A stretch of 64,000 nt of DNA, taken from positions 448,001 through 512,000 of the forward strand of contig JAZDKJ010000006.1 in assembly GCA_043803105.1 (NCBI GenBank), given 5' to 3'. The notes below the pieces were generated by a model. It saw only the letters and a list, made by a program, of their open reading frames with translations. It made no database searches and was not told the DNA's origin. The translations under genes and the position numbers were made by a program. Below are positions 17,842 to 27,686 of this stretch, in pieces (within the stretch, counting starts at the first letter, position 1; each line of letters begins with the position of its first letter). This DNA comes from Candidatus Woesearchaeota archaeon. GTDB lineage: Archaea > Nanobdellota > Nanobdellia > Woesearchaeales > JAZDKJ01.

Positions 17842-18470
17842 AGAAGATTTGGATTTTGGTTTTGTTGGTTCTTCTAGCTACTACTGTGTCTGGCTTTAAT
17901 TACATCCAACTTGACTATCTTGACTTTGGCGATGTGCAGAGCGAGCTTGGCCATGGCCTTTCAAGCTGGGGAGATCCTTATTCTGGATTCTTCTGCGGCA
18001 GCGATAATGAGACCCTTCGCGCTGCAATTGGCAAGTATTATTCCTGCATAACCGACGATAAGGTCGCTTATTTTGAGATGTACACTAACATGAGCGCAAA
18101 GCAGCTTCAGCTACGACATTTGCAACGCTCCATTTACGACATTTATGACCTTTATGTCTGGAACGGACATTCCTGGACAAAGATATCCAAGGCTTCAAGC
18201 TCTGACGAAACTTGCGGGAGCTGCACCTCTCATCATTGCTGGTTCACTGACAACTATAACCTGAACATGTACACAGGTGTGATTAAATTCAAGATAGTTT
18301 CCACCTGGACTCCTACTCCTTTGGCTTGCAGGGATTATGGAGTCAATCCTTTCAGCTGGGCCAGGCTTAATGGTCCTGAATCAGATCCCCTTCCAGAGTT
18401 TGGCACCATTGCTGCCTTGCTTGCATTAGTTGGTGCGTCACTTTCCTTTTTGGTTTTAAGGAAAAAATAG
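17838..18470 (+). CDS. Secreted Cys-rich protein with PEF-CTERM sorting signal (4 of 5)
   Basis: Signal peptide; same domain (LDFGDVQSELGHGL..LQLRHL..FSWARL); LPEFGTIAALLALVGASLSFLVLRKK. Confidence 0.88.
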   Translation: MKKIWILVLLVLLATTVSGFNYIQLDYLDFGDVQSELGHGLSSWGDPYSGFFCGSDNETLRAAIGKYYSCITDDKVAYFEMYTNMSAKQLQLRHLQRSIYDIYDLYVWNGHSWTKISKASSSDETCGSCTSHHCWFTDNYNLNMYTGVIKFKIVSTWTPTPLACRDYGVNPFSWARLNGPESDPLPEFGTIAALLALVGASLSFLVLRKK

Positions 18471-18488
18471 ACTGGAGGTAGATCTGAA

Positions 18489-18920
18489 ATGAGAAAACAA
18501 ATTTTATGTCTAGTGGCCTTATTGGCCTTGTCAACATCTGTTCTAGCGCATGTTGGCTCAATTGATGAAGAATGCCAAACCTATGGTTTTGATTTTGGCA
18601 TTGCCAGGTGGGGCTACGATTACGGGCATTTTGAGCTCGAAGAGCACGTCGGGAACTACACCACTCACGTGACTGGTGATGATGATGCTGCAAGCTGGAC
18701 CGCAAACCCTGAAGTTTCAGGAGTGCTTGTGAAGTCATCAACCAATACCACAGTGTTTCCTGGAGGCACTTCAGGTAATCTTGTCGGCTATACCCATCAT
18801 GGAATAAGCCATGTCACTTTTTGCGGCAAGTATGAAGAAGTGCCTGAGTTTGGCACAATCACAGCATTGCTTGCCTTGGGCGGTGCTATGACAGGGTTTT
18901 TTGTCTTGCGCAGGAAATAA
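18489..18920 (+). CDS. Secreted protein with PEF-CTERM sorting signal (5 of 5)
   Basis: Signal peptide; small domain ending ISHVTFCG; VPEFGTITALLALGGAMTGFFVLRRK. Confidence 0.88.
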   Translation: MRKQILCLVALLALSTSVLAHVGSIDEECQTYGFDFGIARWGYDYGHFELEEHVGNYTTHVTGDDDAASWTANPEVSGVLVKSSTNTTVFPGGTSGNLVGYTHHGISHVTFCGKYEEVPEFGTITALLALGGAMTGFFVLRRK

Positions 18921-19001
18921 GTTAGTTGCTGCAAGCCCTGCTTGCAGTGGCAATTATTTTTCGACAAAAAGCTTTTTATTAGCTTGATGTATTTCCGAAC
19001 C

Positions 19002-19739
19002 ATGCGTGAAATAACTCCGAAAGGTTATCCTTATACTTGCCTTGAGCATGTCCTTAAGGGTTCTTCTGTTAAGGTCGTGGGTGTGAACCATGAGATGCCT
19101 TTCTTTTTTAGCAACTTGAAGAACCTTTGCGACCTGATTGACTGTAGTGCCGCTACTGTTATTGAGCAGCCAACCAATTGTGAGTTTTGGGAGGTTCCTT
19201 TTTTTGCTTATCTAGGTGCCATTGCCGCAGTCAAGAAGCGGCGCGTTTTTGTCTGTGACCCATTGAATGAGCCCTTGCATCAGACTGAGCTCAACCTTTG
19301 GGCTGCCGGTTTCCCCTTGACTTTGATAGGTTTTGAAGGCATGCGAAGGAATCTGAGTCGAAGGGACTTTGTGAAGTCTGGCATTACCGCATTGCTTGGC
19401 GCTGCTTTCTTGAATGGCCAGTATCCAATGCTTTATCCTGAGATATTCACCAGCAAAAGAATTGATGCGCTTCCCTCTCACACCGGTTGGGGTGTGTTTG
19501 ATTACAGGAATACTATCATTGCCCAAGGCCTAAGTTTGCTTAGAGAACGCTTTGATTCTGTTACCGTATTCCACGGTGAGACACATTGCAATGCAATTTC
19601 AAGATATGTTGAGCATGATTTCCTTAGGCTCAAGCGCTTTCTTTATTATCCCCTCAAGCTGTATTCAAGCTCAACCATGAGGGAGTACAAGGTTGAAGGC
19701 CTTTCCTGGAAGCTTGTTTCAGAAGAGAAGTTGCTTTGA
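19002..19739 (+). CDS. Hypothetical protein with an internal hydrophobic hairpin and Tat-like SRRDF motif
   Basis: VVGVNH..IEQP..DP..LSRRDFVKSG..DYRN..HGETH; start ATG 19002 inferred. Confidence 0.6.
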   Translation: MREITPKGYPYTCLEHVLKGSSVKVVGVNHEMPFFFSNLKNLCDLIDCSAATVIEQPTNCEFWEVPFFAYLGAIAAVKKRRVFVCDPLNEPLHQTELNLWAAGFPLTLIGFEGMRRNLSRRDFVKSGITALLGAAFLNGQYPMLYPEIFTSKRIDALPSHTGWGVFDYRNTIIAQGLSLLRERFDSVTVFHGETHCNAISRYVEHDFLRLKRFLYYPLKLYSSSTMREYKVEGLSWKLVSEEKLL

Positions 19740-19819
19740 AACCCTTTTAAGAAAACGTCCGTAATCTTTTCGCTTTTTTCAACGTAATGTTTAAATACTT
19801 GATGTAACCCATTCCCCTT

Positions 19820-20023
19820 ATGAGCGAAGCAGCGATTCCTAAGAGAATTGAAGATGAGTTGAGGCAGATTAAGTCAGATCTAGAAAATATTAAGGAGCGC
19901 ATGGTTGATATTGATAGCATCATGACCGAGGATGATTATGGAGCTTTGCAGGAATACAGGAAGGAAGAGAAAGCAGGTCTACTGATGTCTCACAAGCAAG
20001 TTAAGGAAGAATTGGGATTGTGA
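19820..20023 (+). CDS. Putative antitoxin (partner of RelE)
   Basis: Small acidic ORF overlapping the RelE start; ends LMSHKQVKEELGL. Confidence 0.75.
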   Translation: MSEAAIPKRIEDELRQIKSDLENIKERMVDIDSIMTEDDYGALQEYRKEEKAGLLMSHKQVKEELGL

Positions 20024-20280
20024 TGCTTGATGCTTTGTATTCTAATCAATCTTTGAAGTTCTTAAAGAAGATTGATAAACAACTTGCTGGAAGAATAATA
20101 CAAAAAATTGAGAGTCTTCAGCAAGATACATCTCCTACTGATGTAAAGGTGATTGAAGGTTACAAGGAAAAGTTGTTTCGAGTTCGTGTTGGCGATTACC
20201 GAATTCTCTTTACCTTGAATCATGATAAAGGATTTGTGGGCATAGTTAAAATAGACAAACGGTCAAGGGTATACAAGTAG
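20020..20280 (+). CDS. RelE/ParE family toxin
   Basis: KFLKKID..RIIQKIESL..FRVRVGDYRILF..IDKRSRVYK. Confidence 0.9.
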   Translation: MMLDALYSNQSLKFLKKIDKQLAGRIIQKIESLQQDTSPTDVKVIEGYKEKLFRVRVGDYRILFTLNHDKGFVGIVKIDKRSRVYK

Positions 20281-20574
20281 TCTCTTTGTTCTGCTAAGCC
20301 TTAAAAAGTATACAGCTAACAAGAGAAGAGTGATCCCTCCCAGATATATCCACAGGTTTGTTGCTGTTATTCCTCCGGTGATGTCTTTCATTCTCTTGTT
20401 GTATCCGAGGAAGAGCCCAACTGCAATATCAACGCAGATTGAGAGCACAAACCCTAAGCCAATCTTTTCCAACTGGTCAAGCTCTTTGAAGAAGATTAGT
20501 GAGAGCAAGTATCCTGGTATGAATAGTGCTAATGGAAGCCCTACGATGATTCTGATTATGTCTAGAAGCATCAT
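20263..20574 (-). CDS. DUF1616-type membrane protein
   Basis: IRIIVGLPLALFIPGYLLS..LDQLEKIGLGFVLSI; 3 TM. Confidence 0.75.
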   Translation of the reverse strand: MMLLDIIRIIVGLPLALFIPGYLLSLIFFKELDQLEKIGLGFVLSICVDIAVGLFLGYNKRMKDITGGITATNLWIYLGGITLLLLAVYFLRLSRTKRLLVYP

Positions 20575-21536
20575 TTTTCCCTCAGCTTGAATCTTAGTGC
20601 TGAATTGCTGTACATGTCTGTCTTTCCCTGCATTGTGTTTTCGCAATCAAAGCTTGCTCTTCCCTCTCCAGAATCTAATACTCCCTGGTCTGGATTAATC
20701 CTTGTTTCTCCTATCTGTATGTATTGAACGTACAGGTTTCTGTCTTCATTCTTCTCTGGATTGTAATAATCATTGTCAAAACCCATGTCCATGATTCCTG
20801 ACCCTATCTCGTGTGCTACTGTGTAATTGCTGTTGTTGTGCACTGTCGCAGTGTATATTCTTGTTCCGTTCAGGTAGATGCTCATGTTTGGATTTATTGT
20901 CCCGCTTGCGTATACTGTGAAGTAAGCTGCCTTTGTTATGTTGATTTCACTTAAGCAGTCAATCCTTCCGATAAAGTCTTGGTAAGGCATCACCACTTCC
21001 TTGTTGTATGCAAAGAAATGTATCTCCTGGTCTTTGTTCATTATTTCCGTTGTTATTTTAGCTTTTAGGAATGTCTTGTTAATTGAGAAGCTTACTGTTT
21101 TGTTCATTAACTCTCCTTTCTTTACTGTGATGTTTTCGTAATTGTCAAAATCTTGTTGTGTTTGGTTGCCTTCTGTGATTTCTGCAAATATCCTTACTTC
21201 ATACGTGAAGCTTCCGTTCTCAAGGTTATGGATGCTGAAAGTGTATGTTTGCAGTTGTCCTTCTGTGATCATCTTCGGCAGGTTTGTGTGGTTCTGGAAA
21301 TATAGCTCTGTGAAGTATTCTGGTGCAGGCCTTGCAATTATGAGCGTGACTATTACAATCACTATTCCTATTGCGAGCGAGAATATGATTGCATTGTATA
21401 AAGTGTTTTCTTCCTTTTCTAGCTCTTCAGGTGTTTTTTGAGGAGCTTCTTCTGTAAGTCTCTTCCAGAGGCTTTTCTTTTTTGGCTGTGTCGTCTTGCT
21501 CTTTTTCCAGTACCTTGGGGCCTCTATCTCGTTCAT
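20571..21536 (-). CDS. Membrane-anchored DUF1616-like protein with a putative Ca-dependent carbohydrate-binding module
   Basis: Single TM, EYFTELYF..IHNLE..QEIHF; C-terminal FDNDYY..DRNLYVQYIQI resembles the CBM60-like module. Confidence 0.65.
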   Translation of the reverse strand: MNEIEAPRYWKKSKTTQPKKKSLWKRLTEEAPQKTPEELEKEENTLYNAIIFSLAIGIVIVIVTLIIARPAPEYFTELYFQNHTNLPKMITEGQLQTYTFSIHNLENGSFTYEVRIFAEITEGNQTQQDFDNYENITVKKGELMNKTVSFSINKTFLKAKITTEIMNKDQEIHFFAYNKEVVMPYQDFIGRIDCLSEINITKAAYFTVYASGTINPNMSIYLNGTRIYTATVHNNSNYTVAHEIGSGIMDMGFDNDYYNPEKNEDRNLYVQYIQIGETRINPDQGVLDSGEGRASFDCENTMQGKTDMYSNSALRFKLREK

Positions 21537-21715
21537 AAGCCTGGTGTTCCCTGTGCCTTATTTAAAGGTTTATTGCTGTGGTGACTTTTATGATCATCTA
21601 AAACACCTTAAACTTGGAGTATTATACCGAGGCCAAGAAAATCGTCATTACATGGTATCTGTTATATTTTTGTAACATTTGTAATAAAATTATAACTTTT
21701 ACCTCTTTCTTCTTT

Positions 21716-22198
21716 TCAACCTGGTCGGGTTATTTTTCCAGAAAGCTTTCTCCTATATTCATCCACTTCCTTCTCAGTCAGGCGCGACACCACTTCATCA
21801 AAGTTGGCAACAAATATTTTCGCTTCTTGAAGCATTTTTCTCACTGTTGGCGCTTGGCCAACCCTCATGTAGTACTGGGCGTCTATCCTCTTATTTTTGT
21901 GCTCGTTAATCGTTCTGGTCGTGTCTTCCCCTAAGAGAAATGTTGCGGCCAGGATTGAGCAGGCATGATTCTGGCATTTGATGCCGATTTTTTGGAGGAA
22001 GGAGTAGAGGGCATAGTATTCTGAATAGTAAATGGCCACAGTTGCCCACAAAAGGTCGTTATCATTCAGGTCCTTCTCTGCGCGCAGCAAGGATGATTTG
22101 GCTTCTTTCAGGTAGGATTTTGACAGGTTTTCATTTGGTTCAGTCAGCCTTAGGCCATCCTTCAGCCCAAAACACCATCTGATTTGTCTATCTGGCAT
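21716..22198 (-). CDS. HEPN domain protein
   Basis: WATVAIYYSEYYAL..KIGIKCQNHACS..KRIDAQYY; coupled to an MNT gene. Confidence 0.85.
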   Translation of the reverse strand: MPDRQIRWCFGLKDGLRLTEPNENLSKSYLKEAKSSLLRAEKDLNDNDLLWATVAIYYSEYYALYSFLQKIGIKCQNHACSILAATFLLGEDTTRTINEHKNKRIDAQYYMRVGQAPTVRKMLQEAKIFVANFDEVVSRLTEKEVDEYRRKLSGKITRPG

Positions 22199-22781
22199 AG
22201 TGGTCCCACATTAAGTTAACATAGAGTGAATGGTTGTTTAGTATCACGTGACTTTCTTCTATCTCTTTGATTAGTGGTTCGTTCTGCCTGATGGCTTTGA
22301 CAAGTGTTCCTTGCTGCATTGCAACCTTGTGAATGTTTACTGGCAATAGTTGGAAAGCCTGCACCTGCTTTGTTGAGGGCTCTTGAACTATGAGTATGTC
22401 CACGTCCGAGTCTTTTGTTGAGGTCATCTTTGCATAGCTGCCGAAGACAACTATCAGCAAGTTTGTGTTGATTGCCTTGAGAAAGGTCTTGAAGAAGCCG
22501 TAATGTTCCAGGAACCGGATTGTTTGGTAAATCTCTGCTTGGAGCAGCATTGACTTTGCTTGAACGTTTTCAAGATTGAGGGCAAAATATTTATTCTTTC
22601 CTTCCAGGCTGCTTCTTAATAAGGTCTCTTTTTCTAAGGTTGCAAGCACGTTTTGTGCTGTCTTAAGTGGCATTTTTGTCAACCTCGAGATTTCCCTTAG
22701 GTAAAATCTCTTCCTGTAGTCTGTCCTGAATAGTGAAATGACGTCAAAAACATTGTTTCTTTTTGGATACATATGTATCAA
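22188..22781 (-). CDS. wHTH + minimal nucleotidyltransferase (MNT) antitoxin
   Basis: FYLREISRLT HTH; VFGSYAK..DSDVDILIV. Confidence 0.88.
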   Translation of the reverse strand: MIHMYPKRNNVFDVISLFRTDYRKRFYLREISRLTKMPLKTAQNVLATLEKETLLRSSLEGKNKYFALNLENVQAKSMLLQAEIYQTIRFLEHYGFFKTFLKAINTNLLIVVFGSYAKMTSTKDSDVDILIVQEPSTKQVQAFQLLPVNIHKVAMQQGTLVKAIRQNEPLIKEIEESHVILNNHSLYVNLMWDHYAR

Positions 22782-22798
22782 TAAGTATACAATACTAT

Positions 22799-22864
22799 TT
22801 AAGCCTTGCCTTTTTTTAATACTCCTGAGACAACCCTATTCATATCACGTACTGCCTTTTTCAC
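22799..22864 (-). pseudogene. N-terminal remnant of a PIN toxin
   Basis: GTG-started MKKAVRDMNRVVSGVLKKGKA* overlaps the antitoxin stop in the same way as intact PIN 39811..40200 (MLTVVLDTNIYISALLCRGNE). Confidence 0.55.
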
Positions 22865-23153
22865 TCTTGATTCCCCTTCCTCTGTGTATCCTCTCCATTA
22901 CGTCCTCTTCCTTGAACCCTTTCTTCTTTGCAAAATCTCTTCCCCTCTTTGACAGTTTCCTGTTTAGCTCTCTGCCGAGCTTGATTGCTTCCTCTTCAGT
23001 GAAAGTGCTTTTCTCCTTGAATTTTTTTATGAATTCCAGCTCTTGCACCTTGTCGTTGAAAGCCTGCCTGGCTATTGCGCTCCAGTTTATCTCCGCAAAA
23101 TTGTCCATTTTCCTTTTCAGCTCATTAGGCAATGCAATTGTCATGTTTACCAT
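22845..23153 (-). CDS. RHH-like antitoxin/regulator
   Basis: MVNMTIALPNELKRKM..EINWSAIARQA; C-terminus similar to that of AbrB antitoxin 40181..40465. Confidence 0.75.
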   Translation of the reverse strand: MVNMTIALPNELKRKMDNFAEINWSAIARQAFNDKVQELEFIKKFKEKSTFTEEEAIKLGRELNRKLSKRGRDFAKKKGFKEEDVMERIHRGRGIKSEKGST

Positions 23154-23389
23154 AGTATCACCCTGTGTATTATGTGTAAACATGTGTGAATATTTAAACA
23201 TTATGTTCATTACCAGTAAAGTTGGCTTAATAAGACTATATCTCTCTTTTCCGAAAATCTTCCTGTTCTTGCCTGTTTATTCTCTTTCCAATTCATGAAC
23301 ATTTATGATTAGTTATTACTATTAAGAAACAAAAAGGTTTAAATACTATCTAGGAGTACTAGCGAATATTCAGATTAGGGGATGTTTAG

Positions 23390-24364
23390 ATGAACGACTT
23401 AAATACAGTTTACAAGCTAGTTACTATCTTTCTTTATAGCGTTTTCTTTACCTATGCTGCAGTCTATTACTTTAAGAAAAAGTGCGTCAAATATGGCTAT
23501 TTGGTTGAGGACAAATACAAGCCTGGGAAGCCAAAGATTCCTACTTTGGGTGGAATTCCTATGTTTGTTGGTGTTATGGCCTCGCTTTCCCTTTCTCAGT
23601 TGCTTGTTAAGAATGGAGCTATAGGTAAATTGTTCATTTTCTATTTTGTTGTTACAGTTTACACGCTTTACGGTGTTGTTGATGACATGTTCTCCTTCAA
23701 GCAGAGATATGATAAGATTCTGATATTGCTTGTTTTAAGTCTTCCTATTGCTTCACTGATTTCGATTAATACTATCTCTGTTTTTGGCCATTCTTTCTAT
23801 TTTGATGGCTTTTTGCCTTATTTGCTTGTGCCTTTGTATATTATGGTGGTTGCCAACCTTGTTAATGTCTATTCCGGCTTTAATGGCCTTGCTACTGGTC
23901 TAACCTTGATCATGTTCATCTTTGCCGGTGTCAAGTCTTACCTTGTTTCTGGCTTGGATAATCTTATTTACCTTTTACCGTGCTTTGGTGCCTTGCTAGT
24001 GTTTTATTTCTTCAACAAGTATCCTGCCTCATTCCATGAAGGCAATGTTGGAGCTTTCATGATAGGCTCCACCTTGGGAGCTTTCCTGATCATTAGCAAG
24101 CTGGAGGTCTTTGGTTTGCTTTTGTTGTTGCCTCACATTGTCAACTTCATCCTTGACACTTGGGTTCTTACGATTCGCAAAGTGCCTGATGTCAAGTTTG
24201 GCAGAGTGAGAAGGGATGGAACAATAGAGGTGCCTTATACCGTGAGGCACAAGAGCTTGAAGTTCATTGCTGCTCATTACCTCAAGCTCACCGAGAGCTC
24301 TGCAGTATGGCTTCTGTATATCCCCACAATCATTTGTGGGTTGATAGGGGTGTGGTATCTTTGA
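23390..24364 (+). CDS. MraY/GPT-family polyprenyl-phosphate HexNAc-1-phosphate transferase (AglH/Alg7-like)
   Basis: DKYKPGKPKIPTLGG, GVVDD, ANLVNVYSGFNGL, FNKYPASFHEGNVG. Confidence 0.88.
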   Translation: MNDLNTVYKLVTIFLYSVFFTYAAVYYFKKKCVKYGYLVEDKYKPGKPKIPTLGGIPMFVGVMASLSLSQLLVKNGAIGKLFIFYFVVTVYTLYGVVDDMFSFKQRYDKILILLVLSLPIASLISINTISVFGHSFYFDGFLPYLLVPLYIMVVANLVNVYSGFNGLATGLTLIMFIFAGVKSYLVSGLDNLIYLLPCFGALLVFYFFNKYPASFHEGNVGAFMIGSTLGAFLIISKLEVFGLLLLLPHIVNFILDTWVLTIRKVPDVKFGRVRRDGTIEVPYTVRHKSLKFIAAHYLKLTESSAVWLLYIPTIICGLIGVWYL

Positions 24365-25482
24365 GAATTCTTATGCTAGGTGTCAAGGAATATCCTTACG
24401 GTGTCTCGGCCAAGTTTGAGAGTTCTCCTGGTGGCGGCACTGCCAAGTATGTGATTGCCTTGGCTCAAGGTCTAGTAAAAAAAGGCCACACTGTTGACTT
24501 AATAGTACGGCGAATGCCTGGTCAAAAGAGCTTTGAATTATCAAAGGGCATCAACATACATAGGGTGGCTTGGATAAATAATAAGTACCTTCGTCTGCCG
24601 GTCTTTAATCTTATGGCTTTCTTTAGGGGTCTCAAGCTAGCCAAGAAATCGGACGTGATTCATTGTCACGGAAGTTTTTCCCCATTTTTTGGTTTAACCT
24701 TAGGTAGATTGTACCTCAAAAGGGTAATTGGTACACCTCATGGGACAACATCTTTCGCAATGCGGTATAAATACGGTAGAATCTTAACAAGTGTAGTTGA
24801 GTATCTGGAACGCACAACTTTCTCACGTTTGGACTCAATTGCTTTTCTGAGCGAGCAAGAGGAAAAGAACATTTGCACCTCGTTGTTACTTACTCCAAAG
24901 AAATCTGTAATCATTCCTCCTGCAATAAGGGTGCCAAAATACCGACCAGTTGCAAAATCAAGAAAATTTAGGATTATTTTTGTGGGTAGAATTGCCCCGG
25001 TCAAAAAGATAGACAATCTGATAACTGCACTGGCCTTGCTTCCCACGGATATTAGGAACAAAGTGGAATTGCTTATTCTCGGTGAAGGTGATCAAAAATC
25101 AGAGCTTGTTGAGCTGGCAAAGAATCTCAAAGTTGATCATTTGGTGAAATTTGTGGGTTACACCACTAATGTTTTTGGTTACTTAAGGAGTTCAGACTTG
25201 TTTATCCTCCCCTCAGAACGTGAAGGTTTTCCTTGCTCTGTTCTGGAAGCCATGAGCGTTGGCACAGCTATTGCCTTACCTGCTTTGGGTCTGCCGATTT
25301 CATCCTTGTATGCAATGAAAGATAACAACCCCAAAACCATTGCCAAGACCGTTTGTCTCTTCTTGTCTCAGCCAGACCTCTCAAAGAAATTCGGATCCCG
25401 GTCGCAAATTGAGTTTAACGAAAGATTTAGCGTTGATTCTTTGGTAAACAGACATCAGCATCTTTACAGTGATGTGGCATGA
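24361..25482 (+). CDS. Glycosyltransferase family 4
   Basis: GGTAKYV, FVGRIAPVKK, EGFPCSVLEAMSVG; start approximate. Confidence 0.9.
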   Translation: MRILMLGVKEYPYGVSAKFESSPGGGTAKYVIALAQGLVKKGHTVDLIVRRMPGQKSFELSKGINIHRVAWINNKYLRLPVFNLMAFFRGLKLAKKSDVIHCHGSFSPFFGLTLGRLYLKRVIGTPHGTTSFAMRYKYGRILTSVVEYLERTTFSRLDSIAFLSEQEEKNICTSLLLTPKKSVIIPPAIRVPKYRPVAKSRKFRIIFVGRIAPVKKIDNLITALALLPTDIRNKVELLILGEGDQKSELVELAKNLKVDHLVKFVGYTTNVFGYLRSSDLFILPSEREGFPCSVLEAMSVGTAIALPALGLPISSLYAMKDNNPKTIAKTVCLFLSQPDLSKKFGSRSQIEFNERFSVDSLVNRHQHLYSDVA

Positions 25483-26567
25483 AAGTTCAAACCAATTTCC
25501 AGAAAGTGGGTTTAACAAAGATTGTTGCAAGATTTGTTGCAAACAAGCTCTTAAAATACTCTATCGCCCAGAAAGCACTTTTTCTATTTGGTTTGGCTTT
25601 TCTTCAAGTTCCGAAGGAAAATCGAAAGTCAGATTATTGTAAAAATTTCTTTGTGGTTGTTACCGTTGACGTTGAACCAGGTTATGTAGATACGGATGGT
25701 TCAAAGAATTGGCATGCCAAAGATGCTTTTGAGGGTTACATTTACGGTCTGCAAAATCTGCTTGCCCTAGCAAAGAAGCACAACGTTAAATTTACTTTCT
25801 TGCTGGATACTCATGCGTTCAGCGCAAAAGGAAAGGCATACAGGGATATTGTTAGGCAGTTGAAACAACTTTTAAGGGAAGGCCATGAGCTGGGATTTCA
25901 TCTGCACCCAAAAGATGACCTTGCCCTCCAAAAAAAGCTCGGAAAGAAATTTGACTACACTTGCGCATCCTTCTATAATACAAAAGAAATTGTGAGTATG
26001 CTTAAGGCAGGAAGAGAGCTAATTAGGGAGCACTTGGGTCACAAAATAGAAAAAGAAGTTGTTAGTTTCCGCTGGGGCAATTGGGGTCTTTCTAGCCAGG
26101 GAGTCAAGGCACTAGCCAGAACTGGTTTTAGGATAGACACTTCATCATGTCCAGGTATCAAGCGTCATCAAGCAGATGACTTGCGATGCGACTGGACGGG
26201 AATCACCACAACTCAGCCTTGGTTGTTGAATTCTTCAGACCTTAAAGACACTTTGAATGGTAATTCAGTTGTGATGGAAATTCCCATAGCTACTGCTACT
26301 TTGTTCAACAAGGTAATCCTTGCTGATCCAAACTATTCCACATTGTTACAAGTGTTGTTTCGGAAACATTACTACATGGCTCAAAGTTACCACAATTCGT
26401 ATTCGTTTGTAGTTTTTACACATAGCAATGAAGCCACATTAAAAGATGGACAATCAACCCCTACATTACAGCAACTTGACAACTTTCTAAATTACCTTAA
26501 GGATTACAATTACGTGAAAGTGGTGCCGCTACATAAGGCAGGCCAAATCCTGAGAGGTCTGAAATGA
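25479..26567 (+). CDS. Polysaccharide deacetylase-like (CE4/NodB fold)
   Basis: VTVDVE, GHELGFHLHP, SFRWG, EIP, FTHS. Confidence 0.75.
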   Translation: MKVQTNFQKVGLTKIVARFVANKLLKYSIAQKALFLFGLAFLQVPKENRKSDYCKNFFVVVTVDVEPGYVDTDGSKNWHAKDAFEGYIYGLQNLLALAKKHNVKFTFLLDTHAFSAKGKAYRDIVRQLKQLLREGHELGFHLHPKDDLALQKKLGKKFDYTCASFYNTKEIVSMLKAGRELIREHLGHKIEKEVVSFRWGNWGLSSQGVKALARTGFRIDTSSCPGIKRHQADDLRCDWTGITTTQPWLLNSSDLKDTLNGNSVVMEIPIATATLFNKVILADPNYSTLLQVLFRKHYYMAQSYHNSYSFVVFTHSNEATLKDGQSTPTLQQLDNFLNYLKDYNYVKVVPLHKAGQILRGLK

Positions 26568-27685
26568 AAGAGCATACGTGTATTAAGGTTGCCCAGGTGT
26601 TTAATTTCGATCCCGCAAACGCCAAAGCAAAAGGTGTTCCTATTTTCTTGATTAAATTCCTTGATGAATTAAGAAAAAAAGGTGTTAGGGTTACTGTGAT
26701 AGGAAGGAAGTATAATCCAAGAGATGTTGATTGGTTAAGCTATACCTTTTATCCATTATTTGTTGGTAACAAAAGCTCACCTCTAAAATTTGGTCTGAAA
26801 CTATTTCTATATGGCAACAAATATGTAACCGATGACACCATCATCAATGTACATAGGTTGGAATATCTCCTTGCTTTTTTTCTTCGTAACAATCCTAAAG
26901 TTGTCACGTACCACACAAATATGAGGACTGCTATGTTCTTTCGAAAAGGATGGTTATTTGGTTCCTTCTACGCCCTAATGGAAACCCTTGTGTTGAGGTA
27001 CCATAAATGGTTCAACATTAAAGCAATTGTATTTGTAAGTACCAAGCTAAAGAATGATTATGTTAATTTGTATCCATCAATAAGAGAAAATTGTGTCGTT
27101 CTGCCATTTGGCTGTGACAAATCAGTTTTTCGCGTTTTGCGCAGGACTTCTTTGCGGAAGAAATGGGGTTTGCCTCGTAATAGCAGATTGTTCTTATATG
27201 TGGGCCGGTTAGTTAAGGAAAAACAAGTCGATATACTTGTTAGAGCATTTAATAAGTTGAATCTTAATCGCTCCAAATTCTTAATAGTGGGGGATGGCCA
27301 GGAAAAACCTAATCTACTTCCTTTGGCTTCGGAGTCTGTGCATTTCTTAGGTGAACAAACATTGCCGTTAATATGTGAACTGTACAATTGTGCTGACTGC
27401 ACTTTGGTGGGTTCGCGCTTCGAAGGTGGACCAATTACCATATTCGAGTCTTTGGCGTGTGGTACTCCTGTAATAAGTACTCCTGTGGGAGCTGCCGTAG
27501 AAGTAATTGAGAATGGAATTAATGGGTATATTGTCAATAACCAACAGGAACTTATCGATAGAATGAGACAAGTTGTAACAATGAAAGAGAATATTAGAAG
27601 ACGATGCGTGAAATCCGTTAAAGAATTTAATCCGCGCAATATGGCTCTCGGTTACATTTCTCTCTATCACCGGTTCCAGGAATAA
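26564..27685 (+). CDS. Glycosyltransferase family 4
   Basis: YVGRLVKEK, IVGDG, EGGPITIFESLACGTPVI. Confidence 0.9.
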   Translation: MKEHTCIKVAQVFNFDPANAKAKGVPIFLIKFLDELRKKGVRVTVIGRKYNPRDVDWLSYTFYPLFVGNKSSPLKFGLKLFLYGNKYVTDDTIINVHRLEYLLAFFLRNNPKVVTYHTNMRTAMFFRKGWLFGSFYALMETLVLRYHKWFNIKAIVFVSTKLKNDYVNLYPSIRENCVVLPFGCDKSVFRVLRRTSLRKKWGLPRNSRLFLYVGRLVKEKQVDILVRAFNKLNLNRSKFLIVGDGQEKPNLLPLASESVHFLGEQTLPLICELYNCADCTLVGSRFEGGPITIFESLACGTPVISTPVGAAVEVIENGINGYIVNNQQELIDRMRQVVTMKENIRRRCVKSVKEFNPRNMALGYISLYHRFQE

Positions 27686-27686
27686 A

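Noticed and set aside
15690-18920. Recurrent CCTGAGTT(T/C)GG-like DNA repeats as a CRISPR array or DGR template
   Set aside because: They are the coding PEFG motifs, irregularly spaced inside ORFs; no cas or reverse transcriptase genes are present.
19340-19410. Tat export signal (SRRDFVK)
   Set aside because: The motif is internal, more than 110 residues from the start, so it is not a canonical signal peptide.
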